In this document: positions 1-11,761 of the stretch, piece by piece
Layout: every line of letters begins with the position of its first letter
Numbering within the stretch: position 1 is the stretch's first letter
Notes under the pieces: model-generated
Told to the model about the DNA's origin: nothing
What the model saw: only the letters and a program-made list of their open reading frames with translations
The model's database searches: none
Program-made: the position numbers and the translations under genes
Source of the DNA: Perkinsela sp. CCAP 1560/9
Lineage: Eukaryota > Protista > Euglenozoa: Kinetoplastea
NCBI GenBank assembly: GCA_965644495.1
Contig: CBFFSA010000001.1
Location: 3,596,001 to 3,660,000, forward strand
Length of the DNA: 64,000 nucleotides
Direction: 5' to 3'

Positions 1-1255
1 TGAAGTCGATTACGAAAAGTTGATTCGCGATTTTGGAAGTGAACCTATAACTGCGGATATGGTTGAAAGTCTTAAAATTTTGACAAACTCACGACCCCAC
101 CATTTCTTATCTCGTAACATTTTCTTTAGTCATCGTGATTTTCATCGTATTTTACAGGCACACTCTAGTGGGACGCCTTTTTACCTGTATACAGGAAGAG
201 GGCCTTCCTCCGAGGCCATGCATTTGGGTCACCTTGTCCCGTTTCTCTTTACAAAGTGGTTACAAGACGTTTTTGACGTTCCTTTGGTGATACAAATTAC
301 GGATGACGAGAAGTACCTTTGGAAAGACATCACGATGGAGAAAATGGACCGCATCGCGCATGAAAACATTAAGGACATCATTGCTTTGGGTTTCAATCCC
401 CAGAAAACGTTTATCTTTAAAAACTACGAATACCTTGGATCTATGTACCGCGTGGTGTCAAAGATTCAACGCGGTGTCACTGCCTCCCAGGCGCGTAATT
501 GCTTTGGCTTTCGTATGGAAGACAACATTGGAAAGTGGTCCTTCCCAGCCATTCAAGCCGCTCCCTCTTTTGCTGCAGCTTTTCCTCATCTCTTCCCAAT
601 GCCAGAAAAAGAACAGAGGAACGTACTGTGTCTCATTCCTTGTGCGATTGACCAGGACCCCTACTTTCGTCTCACGCGGGATATTGCACCGAGGCTGGGG
701 TGGCCCAAACCTGCGCTACTGCACAGCATCTTCTTCCCCGCTTTGGTCGGTCCACATACCAAGATGAGTGCCTCCGCCTCTCACACGTGCATTTACCTCA
801 CCGATACACCGGAAATGATAAAAGATAAAATCTCTCGGTATGCTTTTAGTGGCGGGGGCGCGACGCGTCGAGAGCATCTAACCCTTGGGGGGCACGCGGA
901 GATAGACGTCCCGTTACAATGGCTGCGATTTTTTATGGAGGATGAGAATAAACTCGCGGAGCTCACCTGGGGGTACCGCACGGGACGAGTCTCCACGTCT
1001 GAAGTGAAGAAAGTGCTTATTGAGGTGCTGCAGAAAATAGTAGCGGAACATCAACGAGCTAGGGCATTGGTCACAGATGCTGATGTCAAATCATTTACTT
1101 GTGTGCTTTCAAACAAACCAAAGAATCAAGGAGAAAACGTGACCAACAGAACATCTGTTAACAAGAAATGTATGCGTGAGAAACTCACGAAGTTTTGGAC
1201 TGCTGCATGTCTTCGTCTCAGCAAAAGCAAAGCATGCTTTCGGAATTTGATTTGA
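1..1255 (+). CDS. TrpRS: Tryptophanyl-tRNA synthetase, eukaryotic type (5' end lies upstream of the window)
   Basis: Motifs YTGRGPSS, HLGH (HIGH), CAIDQDPYFR, KMSAS (KMSKS) and AFSGG. The frame is open from base 2 (EVDYEKLIRDFG). Confidence 0.96.
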   Translation, partial: EVDYEKLIRDFGSEPITADMVESLKILTNSRPHHFLSRNIFFSHRDFHRILQAHSSGTPFYLYTGRGPSSEAMHLGHLVPFLFTKWLQDVFDVPLVIQITDDEKYLWKDITMEKMDRIAHENIKDIIALGFNPQKTFIFKNYEYLGSMYRVVSKIQRGVTASQARNCFGFRMEDNIGKWSFPAIQAAPSFAAAFPHLFPMPEKEQRNVLCLIPCAIDQDPYFRLTRDIAPRLGWPKPALLHSIFFPALVGPHTKMSASASHTCIYLTDTPEMIKDKISRYAFSGGGATRREHLTLGGHAEIDVPLQWLRFFMEDENKLAELTWGYRTGRVSTSEVKKVLIEVLQKIVAEHQRARALVTDADVKSFTCVLSNKPKNQGENVTNRTSVNKKCMREKLTKFWTAACLRLSKSKACFRNLI

Positions 1256-2230
1256 TGTATTGTAGTTTTTTAGTCCATTGTCTGGAACAATGTCCACTGC
1301 TCATTTTAAATAAGCGTCTTGTCGGGTAAAAAATTATTTACCGTATTTTATGGACATGATACACATTGCTTACTACGTGGAGAGCGTAAGTTCATAGTTT
1401 GAGTTAAATCTTTGAGTATCTGTTGCGGACAGAAGGATAATTTTCAAACGATACTTTTCTGTTAATGCATTGATCAACACATCTTCCAGTGTAAACAACA
1501 CAGGTACTGGCAGAGGTATTGAGTCTGGAAGCCTCGAAAGGATTCGAATCACTCAGCCTCCTTGGTAGCCACGAGGCACTTGGCCTTGAGGCTGAGGCCG
1601 ATGCACTTAGTTTCCCTTCCTAGGGAAGACATTGCCTGAGCATACAAGGAGAGAGCAGCAATAGTTACATCAACCAAGTTGAAATCCGTGGAAAACTTGT
1701 CCGTGCATTTTTGTGTACCTATTTATAAAAGCATGAGGCCGAGGTGGTCCCCCTGCCTCAATCCCTTGCTGATGATAATCTTTTCATCTCAAAATACTAC
1801 CGTATACGGGGGGGGGGGCACGAAAACTAACAAGGTCCGCATTTTAGCGTCCTGAGGCCGTTTGAGCTGATTTTTGTCGCAAACGAGAGATCTCGTTCTG
1901 AATATCGTGTCTACACTATTTGGATCCCGTTTCTTCTCAAAAACAATTATTTACAAAATACTGGAATTTTGGCCAAAATATTTTGCAAAAAGTACTGAAA
2001 AATGTAAAAAGGTTTATTTTTTCTTCTTTTTACCTTATTTTGGGCAAAGGGAATAGATTAAAACGTCGCCAGCTATCACCAGAACAGTGTTCATATCTTG
2101 TGCACATTGTTTGTGCACACAAACAACTATTCCGGATACGGCACGTATGATGAACTGTTCAGAGAGCTCTGTTTCTCGGTACAAAGCTGCTATTCCAAAG
2201 GCCAAGGAATTGTTGAACGAATGTCACGAG

Positions 2231-3263
2231 GCGTGTGTAAACCATAGCTGTAAAATTGCGGTGGTTGTAAAACTACCGCTCTACACTCGATTATTGAAGA
2301 AAAAGTGAACAAAAACAGTGAAAATATAAAGGGGAACACAGTAATATAATAGAAGAAAAAAATATAAAAGGGGGCTCCGGTGGACCAAAACTGAAAAATT
2401 GAAAAAAATGGGGGGTCCAGGGGGGGGTCATGGTCGAGCAAATTTTTTCGAAAAAATTAGTTTTCGAAAAAAAAACGCAGAAAGGGTAGCCGGGGTCTTG
2501 GCGCGCATTTTCCACCCCCCTACCCGGGGGTGACCCCCCCGCGTATCCGCAGGACGGGTCCGCCAAGTTCGGATTTTTTCGGAAAAAACATTTTGAAAAA
2601 AATTTCAACTTGGCGAAAAAAATGGCAAAAAAATATTTTTCCAAAATCGTTTCCCCTATTGTATTTTGATAGTTTGGGACCTACACTAGCTTTCTCCGCA
2701 GTTGTTTTCGCAAGGTATCCCTTCTTCTAACCGTGGTGCGCCCCTCAAAATGACTCATTTTTGACTATAAAAGGTGAAAAAGTATTTTTCGGACCCAAAT
2801 GGGCCTTTTTGTGTCGAAAGAATGGTATGGTTGGAGTCGTATTCTCTACCCAATACGTTCAGTAGGGTTCATGCTTACGAGTGATTTCCCACACGAAAAT
2901 GTCGGATTTAGTGCTCTGACAGCAAAAATACGCGAAAATCACCCCATTTTTACCCGAAATTCGGCTATTTTTGGCTATAATCTTTCCGTTTTTCAGGCTA
3001 AATTTTCTTTTTTAGGCTCTTCGTTAAACGCGGTGGTAGTTTTCAACGCGAAGAGCGCAGCATGAGTGACTTCTAAGTTGAAAACAACCACCGCGTTTAA
3101 CGAAGAGCCTAAAAAAGAATTGAAAAAAAAGTGAACAAAAACAGTGAAAATTTCAGTAATCATGTTAATTTATTAATAATTATTAATAATTGACCCTTTC
3201 TTTTAATAATAATTATTCATAATTATTATTAAAATTATTAATACAGCTATGGCGTAAACACGC
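2231..3263. mobile_element. Possible nested small TIR element
   Basis: GCGTGTGTAAACCATAGCTGTA at 2231-2252 versus the reverse complement of 3242-3263, 3 mismatches in 22. No clear TSD. Confidence 0.45.
2256..3112 (+). mobile_element. Non-autonomous interspersed repeat copy 1 (Helentron/DINE-1-like architecture)
   Basis: Inverted homolog of 5430-6347. TT then GCGGTGGTTGT (2258-2268) with a short hairpin at one end. Its exact reverse complement ACAACCACCGC (3084-3094) lies inside a 95-bp palindrome (3015-3109) at the other end. Confidence 0.75.
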
Positions 3264-4501
3264 TAAAGAGACACCCCACGCGCCTCGCTACACTACGTGC
3301 GCGTGGAGGTGGGAATACTGGCTATTAAGACCTACTTTCTGGGTACTTTTTGGGCCGTGGTACGTAAAAATTACGAATTTTACCCGTTTTTCAATTTGCA
3401 AAATCTTTAAATTTTCACTTTTGTAACTCATTGGAAACGTTTTCCGGTGAACGTTTTTGTATTTTAAATAGCGTAGACACGATATTCAGAACGAGATCTC
3501 TCGTTTGCGACAAAAATCAGCTCAAACGACCTCAGTACGCTAAAATGCGGACCTTGTCAGTTTTCGTGCCCCCCCTGTATATCCCTCAGTAATACCTAGT
3601 GTACCTACCTATCTACCTACTCGAAAAAACTTTCATTTGTTTTCCCCCTATTTTCCGGTACATCTTAAGTAAATTGTTTTATTATTTTAAGTTACCTTAC
3701 AGTACTAATCGAATTTTCATAAAACCATGCTCACTTTACGTGGCTTTAGTGTAAGCGCTTCAAACAAATGTATGTCATTGCTTCGCGATGATTGCAGCAC
3801 TTTTTCTTGGGCCTTTGGTTCAAAACAAAGCGCACACGAAGCTTAACATTATGATCATTCAAAATCTGTAGTCATGATGCCTCTTTTAAAACGAACGATT
3901 TCTATGAGAGATGATCTAGCCATATCTCTTTTAGTTAAGTTGAGGAAGGATCATAAGACGCCGTGTTCCCACCCTTCTCCTTGTCGAATAACAAAAGACT
4001 CTTCACCGATATTGGACCAGCGCGCCATTTCTTGCCCTTTACAATACCATAGCACATGCATGAACAAAAGTGGACTGATTGCTCCAAGTTCCCCACTTTG
4101 CGGTGGTTATGAACTTCTACAAACTATAGATTCGGATTACTTTACTTTTGACATTAGATCAGAAAATGAAGCAGCTGGTGCTCATGCATTGATGAAAATC
4201 CATGATTTTCTTGGCAAGCTAGAGGGGAGCTTATCTCCTGTGTAAGTCGAAATCATGTACTTTGAGCCATCTAACGGAAATGTGTGGTGCTCATTATCTC
4301 GTTTTCTTATAACGTGGGTAGTGTTTACTGCAACGTCATAAATGCTATTTACGCTTGCATATCCATGTTTTTTTATGAATCTCTGATAAAATTTTTTAGT
4401 GAAACTACAATTTAACTAATTAGATATTTCTTTCCGCGTACCGTTGCTGATACTGTTGTAGGTTCGGATTTCTTGCTTCCAGCTTTTTGTATTAAAAATC
4501 A

Positions 4502-5007
4502 CTGTCCCCCCTACTTAAGAGTCCTTTTTGACGGAGCCTCGGGCTGCCTGCGGCGCGAAACGCCGCCAGATTTTTTTCTTTTTCTTTGATTTTTTTAGTT
4601 GTCTTCCCGTTGCGTTTAGTTGCATTTTTAGTATTTCCAAACTATTTATACTTGATGGTACTCCAAGGAAGGAGCAGACTACGGGCAGGCATGGTACACA
4701 ACCATCCTCCTCAACCCCCTTCAACTCTCTCGCGAAATGATCGAAGTAATTTTATCAAATTCATAAAATTTACCACTCCTCATGTGAGTGCGCAACGGGG
4801 AAGTATGGTCAGGACCTCCTCGTGGTCTTCCCTGGCACTGCTATCTTATCGATAATACAGACGCCGACCTTCATTAGACAAAAAGTAGAGAAAAAAACAT
4901 AGACAAAAAAGGAACCGGCCATATTGAAATTTTATGAAAAAATGCTGACCCCCCCACTTAAGAGTCCAAATGCCCAAAATCGGCGGACTCTTAAGTGGGG
5001 GGGACAG
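4502..5007. mobile_element. MITE / non-autonomous TIR element
   Basis: CTGTCCCCCCTACTTAAGAGTCC at 4502 and GGACTCTTAAGTGGGGGGGACAG ending at 5007 followed by TA. An internal third TIR copy lies at about 4946-4967. Confidence 0.7.
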
Positions 5008-5094
5008 TATGTCAAAGTGGTAAAGTGGTGGAATACTGTCTCCCCCGTTTATGTGGAGCCTCTTGACTTCCGCGCAATATTTTACTAGCAATTA

Positions 5095-6371
5095 CACCCC
5101 CGCCAAAAAGTATTGTTCACAAAAATGGCCTACACAAAAGTATTGTATTTAATAGTGTCGACCATTTTTTTGAGTTTTGACCTGAATTTTAGTTGTTTTT
5201 TTCGAATTTTCAGGAAATTAGCATAATGAGTTCTGATATACGCGGCCACTTGATCACCTCGAGGGAAGCTGAGTGATTTCTCTCCTATTTTTGTGCTTCA
5301 CTATACGTTTACACAGATCCGATATGATAATGTCCAACTTTTTGGAGGCCAGTGGAAAATCGTGAAAATCGACAAAAAGCATTGTATTTATTAGTATCGA
5401 TCAAACATTCGTGGTCGATACCAATAAATTTAGGCTCTTCGTTAAACGCGGTGGTTATTTTCAACTTCAAAGTCACTCATGCTGCGCTCTTCGCGTTGAA
5501 AACTACCACCGCGTTTAACGAAGAGCCTAAAAAAGAAAGTTTGGCATGGAAAGCTGAAGAAAACAGAAAGATTGTAGCCAAAAATAGCCGAGTTTCGTGT
5601 AAAAATGGGGTCATTTTTGGGTATTTTGGAGCACTAAATCCGACATTTTCGTGTGGGAAATCACTCGTAAGCATGAACCCTACTGAACGTATTGGGTAGA
5701 GAATACGACTCCAACCATACCATTCTTTCGACACAAAAAGGCCCCTTTAGGTCCGAAAAATACTTTTTCACCTTTTTCGGTCAAAAATGGGTCATTTTGA
5801 GGGGCATACCACGGCTCGAAGAAGAGATATCTGGCGAAAACAACTGCGGAGAAAGCTAGTGTAGGGCCCAAACTCTCAAAATACAATAGGGGAAACGATT
5901 TTGTAAAAAAAAAAATTTGCCATTTTTTTCGCCAAGTTCAAATTTTTTCAATTTTTTTTTCCGAAAAAATTCGAATTTGGCGGATCCATCCTGCGGATAC
6001 GCGGGGGGGTCACCCACGGGTAGGGGGTGGAAAATACGCGCCAAGACCCGGCCTACCGCTTCTGCGGGTTTTTTTAGAAAAATATTTTTTTCAAAAAAAA
6101 AATCGTGCGGTAACCCCTCTAGGACCCCTCTAGACCCCCCCCATGGACCCCCCCCGGACCCCCCCATGGACCCCCCCCTAGACCCCCCATTTTTTTCAAA
6201 TTTTATTTTCGATTTTGGACCACCGGAGCCCCCTTCTATATTTTTTTCTTCGATTATATTATTGTGTTCCTCTTTATATTTTCACTGTTTTTGTTCACTT
6301 TTTTTTCAATAATCGAGGGTAGAGCGGTAGTTATACAACCACCGCAATTACAATACGTTTTGGCGGGGGTG
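5095..6371. mobile_element. TA-flanked TIR element carrying a nested repeat
   Basis: 22-bp TIRs CACCCCCGCCAAAAAGTATTGT and ACAATACGTTTTGGCGGGGGTG, with TA at 5093-5094 and 6372-6373. Confidence 0.8.
5430..6347 (-). mobile_element. Non-autonomous interspersed repeat copy 2 (Helentron/DINE-1-like)
   Basis: Reverse-complement homolog of 2256-3112. 95-bp palindrome at 5433-5527, expanded GGACCCCCCC array at about 6110-6190, end hairpin at 6324-6345. Confidence 0.75.
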
Positions 6372-6482
6372 TATATGCAGTCGGATTCTCGCACAACTTT
6401 TTTAGCTTATCGAATTTTAATAATCTTTTATGTACGAAAGAACTTTTGTTCCTGTGTTCTTATTGTTAACTTCTTTATTGGT

Positions 6483-7184
6483 ATGAACGCTGCTGGCATC
6501 AGTTGTAAGGATCCGTTTCCATGTGAAACAGAAATGACTGGCAGTGGTAATAGCTTACACTCTACTGAAGGTTTAGGAAGCAATCAACAAAGTGTATCCC
6601 GGGCAGGAAAAGTCAGGAAGTCCACATTGCCGCAGGAATTCCAACTCTTCCGTGTTGTCAAGAATGTGCGAAACACGCACAGTTCTTGGTTGGACACCGT
6701 ACCGATATGTGAGTGGAGCGGAGTCATTTGCGAAGATGGACAGGCAAAAGAAATATATTGGGGGTGGCGCGACTTGTCGGGAACAATAGATTTTGAGTCC
6801 TTGCCTCACTCTTTAAATGCGTTTTCCGTTTGCACAAATGATCTCTCCGGGAACGTAGCTTTCGAGAATCTGCCACAAGTTCAGTATTTTAGCTTAACCA
6901 AAAATGCCTTCTCAGGTACTCCAGTGATCGAATATCTCTCAAATAATTTAATTGTGCTATTTCTAAGTTACAACGATCTTGAAGGTTTCGTCGATTTTAC
7001 GACCCTTCCCACATCTTTGAAAGAATTATGGTTACGGGCAAACGAAAAGTTGACCGGTGATTTGGACATTCCAAAACTTCCACTTTTGCTTCAGTATGAT
7101 GTGGCATGGACTAGCATTACAGTATCAAATGGAAGGGAAAATAGATGGCTTTCGACTCCCTTAAAACATGGCTTGCTCTGGTAG
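6483..7184 (+). CDS. Leucine-rich repeat protein, lineage-expanded family
   Basis: GKV...LPQE...SW...CEWSGVIC cap followed by LPxxLxxLxLxxNxxxG repeats. The upstream part of ORF 6264 lies in transposon DNA, so ATG 6483 is preferred. Confidence 0.85.
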   Translation: MNAAGISCKDPFPCETEMTGSGNSLHSTEGLGSNQQSVSRAGKVRKSTLPQEFQLFRVVKNVRNTHSSWLDTVPICEWSGVICEDGQAKEIYWGWRDLSGTIDFESLPHSLNAFSVCTNDLSGNVAFENLPQVQYFSLTKNAFSGTPVIEYLSNNLIVLFLSYNDLEGFVDFTTLPTSLKELWLRANEKLTGDLDIPKLPLLLQYDVAWTSITVSNGRENRWLSTPLKHGLLW

Positions 7185-7521
7185 AAAAGGAGTGTTGTCT
7201 TTTATAGTCTATATACACAATTTTTGTCTTTTACAGTCTACTACATGAACATGCATAGGGTTTGGTTGATTATTGTGCACGTCACAAGTCTTGAATCAGT
7301 ATCAGGTGGAATATTTCGCACCTTGTTTGAGGCGAATATTCCATCAGGTATTTGTTAGTCGCACCTGTTCATAGTCACAACTTATAAATTCATAGTCACA
7401 ATTTATAAAGTCACCCTATTCCCAACATTTACTAATGACTATCATATTTCTCATTTTCCATTATCCAATCTCATTTTTACGTTTTTTTTTCGTTTTTACC
7501 TCTCTCCTTTCTTCACCCTAC

Positions 7522-8346
7522 ATGGCATCCACCATTCCCTCCCCCGAGGCCCTCTTAACACTGGGTCAGTCTATGAACCTGGAGCGCTTTCTCCAGCTCC
7601 CCCGTGCGCATCGCGTCGCGGTCATCCCCTACTGCTCAGTCGAGGTCCGGCGTGAGATCGCGGCCCTGGCTAAGGAACCCTCGGCGGCCGTTGCCGAGGC
7701 CCCCGAAGACTCCACCCCGGAACTCTCCCTGCTCGACTTCAACAAATCCCCTGAAATCCTGACGCTTCACCGCGGGCCGACGGGCATCCATGCCGTTGCC
7801 GCGCGTGATCTCCGTGCGGGAGAAGAAATATATACCCTCCGAGGCCCTGTGCTGCCGTACGCAACCATCTTTACCCTCCAGGTCACCCAGGGACTTCACA
7901 TGAACCCCTATGATGGCTCCGAGTTCATTGCCCATGGGTGCCGTCCGAATATTCAGGTCGTGGTGGATGAGCTCCCGGAGGGACCAAAGTGTGCGATCGG
8001 GCCCGAAGGTATCGAGGTCGCGAACAAGAATGAGACCCAGGACTTTATTCTCACTCACCCCTACGTGTTGCGCTGGATCACGTTGTGTGATATTCCTAAA
8101 GGTGCGAGTTTGAGTTTTAACTATCTAACGACGGAGTACGTCATGGATAAGCCCTTTGATTGCCTCTGTGGAGTGATGAAAACCGGAGACGTCTCTGGTG
8201 GAGGTCACCCGGAAGGGATTACGTGCTTTGGGAATATTAGTGGCTTCAAGTTTCTAAGTGCGCAAGATCGTGCCGCGTTGGCCCCGTATATTACGCCAGT
8301 CGTAAAGCAGGCTGCAATTGCGGAGGGATTATTGAGTCAACCGTGA
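7522..8346 (+). CDS. SET-domain protein with post-SET cysteines (putative lysine methyltransferase)
   Basis: GIHAVAARDLRAGEEI, FIAHGCRPN, DIPKGASLSFNY and FDCLCG...CFG. ATG 7522 follows a pyrimidine tract. Confidence 0.85.
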   Translation: MASTIPSPEALLTLGQSMNLERFLQLPRAHRVAVIPYCSVEVRREIAALAKEPSAAVAEAPEDSTPELSLLDFNKSPEILTLHRGPTGIHAVAARDLRAGEEIYTLRGPVLPYATIFTLQVTQGLHMNPYDGSEFIAHGCRPNIQVVVDELPEGPKCAIGPEGIEVANKNETQDFILTHPYVLRWITLCDIPKGASLSFNYLTTEYVMDKPFDCLCGVMKTGDVSGGGHPEGITCFGNISGFKFLSAQDRAALAPYITPVVKQAAIAEGLLSQP

Positions 8347-9051
8347 GTGAGAACAAAATAGAGAAACTTGTAGTAAATTATTGTAGATTGACTGCAGTAG
8401 AAATACTTTTTGGACCTCCTTAATAAAAATGAATGATTTTCCATAAATATTCTCTTTTGCTTCTTTCACTTTTGCCACAGTTGGCTTAACAATATTTTTT
8501 CTTTTTTAATCCTTTTCAACATAACACCGCTACTGGATTAACCTAACTCATGCGTAGCAAAATTGTTTCTTGTGACCAATACTAAATAAACTTTATAATG
8601 CATCGCAGAAAAACGATTTAATACCTCCTATGTCGCTAATTCATAAATAGTTCTGAAACGTACACGTATTCACAACAAAGTTTTAACCATGGAAATTCTT
8701 TTAAAAATATTTTTTGTTGACTGTTATAAAGGCATTATTTTGGTTTATTGGCTTTTATACACAAATTTTTAATTATCTGGCGTTCATTTGAAGGTTCGTC
8801 GAATCTTGTTTTGCTAACCTTATAACAACAAGGTAAAAGTACAAAAGAGTTAAAAAAATCGAGTGATTGCAATCCGGAGGTACAAAAATAATGACTTGTT
8901 ATTTTTCTATTATTAAGAAACAATCTCTATCCTATATGGCATTGAAAACTTTGGTCGCATGGCATTGAATTTTTTACTTGCACTTATTTTTTGGTATCCC
9001 TTTCGTCATTACCTTTTGGTAAATAAATTTGTTTTTCTACACATTACTCTT

Positions 9052-9873
9052 ATGGGATTTCTAGACGACTCGTCAGCATCCAACAAAGCGCTCTTACAAT
9101 GGTACCGACAGGAGATCGAGAGATTACAAAAAGTAGTAAGCGATCTGACCGCCGAAAATGCGCATCAACGTACCATTTATCATAGGCAAATTGAACAAAT
9201 TCTCGCACAGCATTTGCAGCAAACTCCAAAAAGCACACTTGTCGATGTCAAACGCCTGCTAAAGGACTTTCGGAGTGCTTTCGGGTCACAGAAAAATAAT
9301 TCGGTACCTTCATCAACTGCAACGGCTACTGTTGACTCCGTTTGTTCTAAAACTTTAAAGCCCGGATCCCATACGCTGCACACATCGATCCGATCTCAAC
9401 CCTGTGCACCTTCGCCGAAGGATACTCAACGTCTTTTAGGAAAACTTGCGCTACATCTAAAACGAGGTCGAGAAATCGATAGAATGAATTGCTCTGAAAA
9501 AATCTGTGAGGAGAAACTGGAAGCGGAAGCCAATGTGCCTTCCGAACATGAGCGTCCTTGCTATTCCTACAAAAAACACCGACCCATGGAGCTCCTGCAA
9601 CGTGCAGTCTCTCTCCCACGAAATACGACAACTGAGACTCAGGCACCCTCTTATCTTTTTGAAGCCTTGCTCGCTTCCACAGCGTCTCGTTCGGTTAGCC
9701 AAGTACCATCTGACTTTTCTGCTACCGCACCTCACCAGGGAAATTCTCGTCGCTGCGGTACGGTGGGTCGACGTGTGCCCACTCCCTCCCCCACACCTTG
9801 TCGACGAAGCGTGACTCCTCCCACTTCCCATAACCGTGGAAGCGCTCCGCGCGAACTAAACGTGGATGCTTAG
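9052..9873 (+). CDS. Hypothetical protein with N-terminal coiled coil
   Basis: Long + strand ORF with heptad-like YRQEIERLQKVVSDLTAENAHQR. Start uncertain (8959 or 9052). Confidence 0.6.
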   Translation: MGFLDDSSASNKALLQWYRQEIERLQKVVSDLTAENAHQRTIYHRQIEQILAQHLQQTPKSTLVDVKRLLKDFRSAFGSQKNNSVPSSTATATVDSVCSKTLKPGSHTLHTSIRSQPCAPSPKDTQRLLGKLALHLKRGREIDRMNCSEKICEEKLEAEANVPSEHERPCYSYKKHRPMELLQRAVSLPRNTTTETQAPSYLFEALLASTASRSVSQVPSDFSATAPHQGNSRRCGTVGRRVPTPSPTPCRRSVTPPTSHNRGSAPRELNVDA

Positions 9874-10208
9874 ATCAAAGGCGAAAGACAAACAATCATC
9901 ATAAAAACAAGTACTTCCTCGTTTAGTTTCTTCAAAATATTTTTTGTTATCCGCCTTTTTTTGTTTCTGGTCGACAAGTTTACTACGTTGAGGTTTACTA
10001 CGTTGGGTTTTTTAGCCGACTAATGAGACAATCGTGTGATACATACAATTGTACCCATAGCACACGAATAGTAAAGAATGTATCATCATCTTGACTTTAA
10101 CTTTTTTTTGTTTGCGATAAAATAGCTCAATATTAAGTATTCTGTAAATCTTATTCCGTTATTCTTATTGAAGAATCTCTCTAAAATCCACTTGTTAATT
10201 TCTCCTAA

Positions 10209-10433
10209 ATGGCTGCTCCTGCTAAAAAGGCTGTGAAAAAGACCGTTAAAAAGGCGAAGAAGCCCGTCGTTAAATCACGAAAAGTACAAGCCAAGCGAGC
10301 AGTAAAGTCCAAGAAAGCCAGTCCGGCCAAGAAATCGGCTACTAAAAGCAAGAAAAGCCCTGTCTCGAAGAAGAGTCCCGTGATTAAAAAGAAGTCGTCT
10401 CCCAAAACTAGTGCAAAGAAGACTAAAAAATAG
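10209..10433 (+). CDS. H1: Histone H1-like Lys/Ala/Ser-rich protein lacking a globular domain, copy 1
   Basis: 74 aa, K/A/S/P-rich, SPxK motifs, shared core KSRKVQAKRAVKSKK. Resembles kinetoplastid H1. Confidence 0.8.
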   Translation: MAAPAKKAVKKTVKKAKKPVVKSRKVQAKRAVKSKKASPAKKSATKSKKSPVSKKSPVIKKKSSPKTSAKKTKK

Positions 10434-10976
10434 GAAAAGTCGAGAAACTCTTAGTTCAAACGATTCCTAGAACCGAAAGAAAGCTGTGTCCTTAAAATTT
10501 AACACAAATTTGTTCTTTAAAATATACAAAAATATTTTTATGCAACATAGTCTATGATATGAAGTGCTATGATAGCACTTACAATATAAATCATAACAAG
10601 TCAACTGTAGATCTGTAGTTGGACCAGCGTAATAGTAGTAAAAAACTCTCGCTGCTTTTTAATCATCGGTAAAAACCATCGGTAAAAAAAAAGTAAATAT
10701 AATATGTATTATGTTTTGTAGTTTCTTTTATATACATGTATAAACTAGTGTGTGTTTTGACATTCACCCTTTATCGAATTTAGAAAGTTGTGCAATTATC
10801 GAACTTCAATTAAAGCGTGGCTAAGAAAAGCCATTTATCCAGGTACTATCCAGGCAACGATAGGATAAATTTTTCTTTAACATGTTTCTTGCATTTTTCG
10901 TGTCGTTTCAATAGTTACGATTGAAAAAGATGTAGTATTGGTATATTTTTATCTTTTGTTTTTCATTTGTAGCATA

Positions 10977-11234
10977 ATGACTGCTCCTGTTAAAAAAATT
11001 GTGAAAAAGAGCGCGAAGAAACCGGTAGCTCCAAAGAAACAGGTCTCAAAACCACGTAAAGTACAGGCTAAGCGCATTGTAAAGTCTAAGAAAACGAATT
11101 CAGTCAAGAAAGCATCAACTAGAAAGAGTCCGGTCCCAAAGAAGAAGTCAGCTACTAAAAAAACAACTGTTAAAAAAGGTTCGGCTAAAAAGAAATCTTC
11201 CTCAAAATCTACCGCAAAAAAGTCGAAGAAGTAG
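10977..11234 (+). CDS. H1: Histone H1-like protein, copy 2
   Basis: MTAPVKK..., core PRKVQAKRIVKSKK. Pyrimidine tract and AG lie just upstream of ATG 10977. Confidence 0.8.
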   Translation: MTAPVKKIVKKSAKKPVAPKKQVSKPRKVQAKRIVKSKKTNSVKKASTRKSPVPKKKSATKKTTVKKGSAKKKSSSKSTAKKSKK

Positions 11235-11761
11235 TGTAGTGCATTAAGGTATCTTAATCGAGATATTCTGTGTATATTAAGTTTTTTTAGCAATCTTCCT
11301 TTTTTATAGTGTCAAAAGTAGATTTTCTCTTAAGATTCTAAAAATCTTTTCTCGTAATTTTCACAGGTTACATGCCTTTTACGAGCGTGATAGGAGCTGT
11401 ATTTTTCTTAATGTATTGTATGTAGTGTTTGCTCAACGCTGTTTTTAAGCCGAATAATTTCGTAAGAATCATACATTATTAAATATTTACAATGGTTTTC
11501 CGCATACAATATAAACTTATAGGTTTTGGTGAATTCAACCTATTTAAAGGTATCAATACTGACAAGGATACATAAAAATGCGCTTTTCACAAGGATCGCA
11601 CTTGATTCCAGACCTTGTTTTCACCTCATTAGCTGTCTTCAATCGTGTCTTTAGTTTATTGAAACTTGTATATTTTTGAAAGCATGCACTTGGTATGTAA
11701 GGTCACTGGTGTTCTCGTCTGTTTATTATTGTTATTATTCTCTTTGTAAACTTAGAATTCA

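Larger units (their letters stand above)
1807..3577 (+). mobile_element. Decayed Tc1/mariner-like TIR element with nested insertions
   Basis: About 115-bp terminal inverted repeats (1807-1921 and 3466-3577) flanked by TA at 1805-1806 and 3578-3579. Frameshifted HTH-like remnant TIPDTARMMNCSESSVSRY at about 2120-2185. Confidence 0.85.

Noticed and set aside
3874-4245. 123-aa + strand ORF
   Set aside because: No recognisable motif and it lies between transposon relics. It may be real, but I cannot support it.
2087-6312. Many short ORFs on both strands, with near-identical pairs such as 2799-3065 and 5477-5734
   Set aside because: They are chance frames in the duplicated non-coding repeat, rich in homopolymer-encoded F/K/P/G.
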